From Paraphysomonas bandaiensis (lineage: Eukaryota; Protista; Chrysophyceae), in contig CBFFRP010000292.1 of the NCBI GenBank assembly GCA_965644295.1, positions 96,647 to 160,646 on the forward strand: a stretch of DNA of 64,000 nt, written 5' to 3'. The stretch's first letter is position 1, and the number at the start of each line of letters is the position of its first letter. A program made the translations under genes and the position numbers. A model generated the notes under the pieces. It was not told the origin of the DNA. It saw nothing but the letters and a program-made list of their open reading frames with translations, and did no database searches. This document shows, piece after piece, positions 62,401 to 64,000 of the stretch.

Positions 62401-63422
62401 ATTTCCCCTCCTCGAGCTGGACAATTTAAGTATACTGCTATATCGGCCGAGAAATTTGGACGAACGGAGTCCTCATCCTTTGTCCGAAAACTTACTCTGG
62501 TGATCTTCGCCCTGGCGCATACATCACATAGACACTGTTCTTTGGAAACACGTTTCGAGAGATGTTTTCGTTTCAGTCCAGTCCCAATAATTAGCATTCT
62601 TTTGTGGGCTTCTACCAACGCATGCTTGTTAAAATGACCCGCTCTCCTATGTAACAGCTCCAGTTCATCCTCACCCGTACGGTCACTGAGATTTACTTCT
62701 GAATCACTGGATGTCGATACGTCTGGAAGCTCCAATAACTGCTGTGTTGGCACAGCAGTCATTCCATTCTTCATAGGTCCCTCCAACACCAGCTCATCCG
62801 TATTTCTGTCATATATCTGTATACCATACCATACAGTAAATCGATATCCCATATCGTTCAACTTCCGTCCAGAACAAAGACACCGATTTATCTGACTTGA
62901 TACCTCAATGTTCTTCCATGCTCCACGGGAACCTACACTCGTGACGCATATCTCTGACCCTTTTTTCGAACCATTAATAACCTTTGATGTGTGCATATGA
63001 CTATCAAGTATATTCACATCATTTATCAAAAACATTGATGACGAACAACAGGTATCAATGTATGTATAGTGAATATCCTCATGCACACTACTGCATATAT
63101 TCGTCTCATACACATTACATGACAAGTGATACTCTTCCTGTTGCTCGATCATATTTGCTTCGTCTTCGTCAGACAAATCCGCTGGCTCTCCACGCCTGAT
63201 GTTTTCAACTGTAAGTAGTCTTTTGTCTGGTTTCCTTCCATCTTGAAACCTCACAGCCTTGCTCTTGCTTTGCGAGTACTTCTTTTTCGATGCTGGACAA
63301 TCGATGGCAAGATGTTCCTTTGACTTACAATTTCTGCACCCAGTATATTCGGCACTTCCAGGTCGCTGCCCTGTAATCTCTGTATCCTTCTTCATCGGCT
63401 TCTTCTTACCGTTGTCACGCAT
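59490..63422 (-). mobile_element. Ty1/copia LTR retrotransposon polyprotein (Zn knuckle-PR-IN-RT-RNase H), gag N-terminus missing
   Basis: CRNCKSKEHLAIDC, YIDTCCS, LHRRAGH..CDVC, HADGAGE, NAIEERKFRT, LRVWGC, YKARLVA, HQLDVSSAF, YVDDII, SDSDWAG, KHIDIKYH, ADIFTKAL, in copia domain order. Confidence 0.97.
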
Positions 63423-63425
63423 ACC

Positions 63426-64000
63426 TGTAGTTACTGTTATACGTGGAGTTATACGGTGTTATACTGCGGTACTCTAAGTAGCATGCTGTTGTACTTTCAT
63501 TTTCAGTTTATTTAGTATACATTGCGGTTATTGTATTCTTGAAGGGATATAAGTCCCGTATATGTACAAGTATGATACTGTAAACTGTAGATGATTCACA
63601 GCAAGATAGAGTGTTGTATGATTTCACTTTTTCTTTACACGTTTTAACGTAATTTAATTCATTCTATACTCGCGGTTTGCTTGTGTTAGGAGGCAGTTTC
63701 ACCGGTTTGGTGTTCTGGACAGTGTATTCTCGGTTTGGGAAGCACTTTAAATTCATATAAAACGTTGTAAACACGGTCTTTCTCATCAGAAAGATTACAG
63801 TATTAATACTTTAGTCGGATAGAAAGAAACATTGTGTTTATTTATATTATTGTCGACTATGAGTTCGGAAGAAGAGGTTCCGAACATTATGGAGTTCCTT
63901 CAGCAGCGGTTTGCTGAACAGAATGAACAGTTTGCTCAACAACAGCAGCAGTATGCTGAACAGCAAGAGCAGCTGAACAAACGCTTTGAGTCTATTGATC
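63426..64000 (+). mobile_element. Probable second element inserted into the copia gag; ORF start at ~63859 runs off the window
   Basis: The copia frame closes at ~63460 with no matching 5' LTR. Sequence from 63426 starts TGTAG, is AT-rich and non-coding, and is followed by MSSEEEVPNIMEFLQQRFAEQNEQFAQQQQQYAEQQEQLNKRFESID (coiled-coil, gag-like). Confidence 0.45.

Overview
Eukaryotic genomic DNA. It is gene-dense with short (~50-70 nt) GT-AG introns, and the gene content suggests a protist, possibly a stramenopile (taxon is inference). Intron-containing genes are an AIM24-family protein, a GT17/MGAT3-like glycosyltransferase, a TMEM181-like protein, a very large DysF/C2/Sec6(MUN)-like protein, an EF-hand NCKX exchanger, a P4-ATPase flippase, a UNC-93-like MFS protein, PDS5, NDUFA9 and a coiled-coil protein with a p25alpha-like C-terminus. 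Intronless genes are a Cys-rich membrane protein and a Ni/Co-transporter-like protein. Intergenic DNA is packed with nested mobile elements: about ten copies of a ~500-bp structured SINE-like repeat (four with 13-16 bp target-site duplications and no poly(A) tail), hAT relics and a hAT MITE with 8-bp TSDs, a MULE-like insert with a 9-bp TSD, and a Ty1/copia element with an open pol ORF whose gag is cut by a probable second element. Three 0.55-1 kb (TATG)n arrays each sit just upstream of a gene start. Exon boundaries were read by eye and are approximate.
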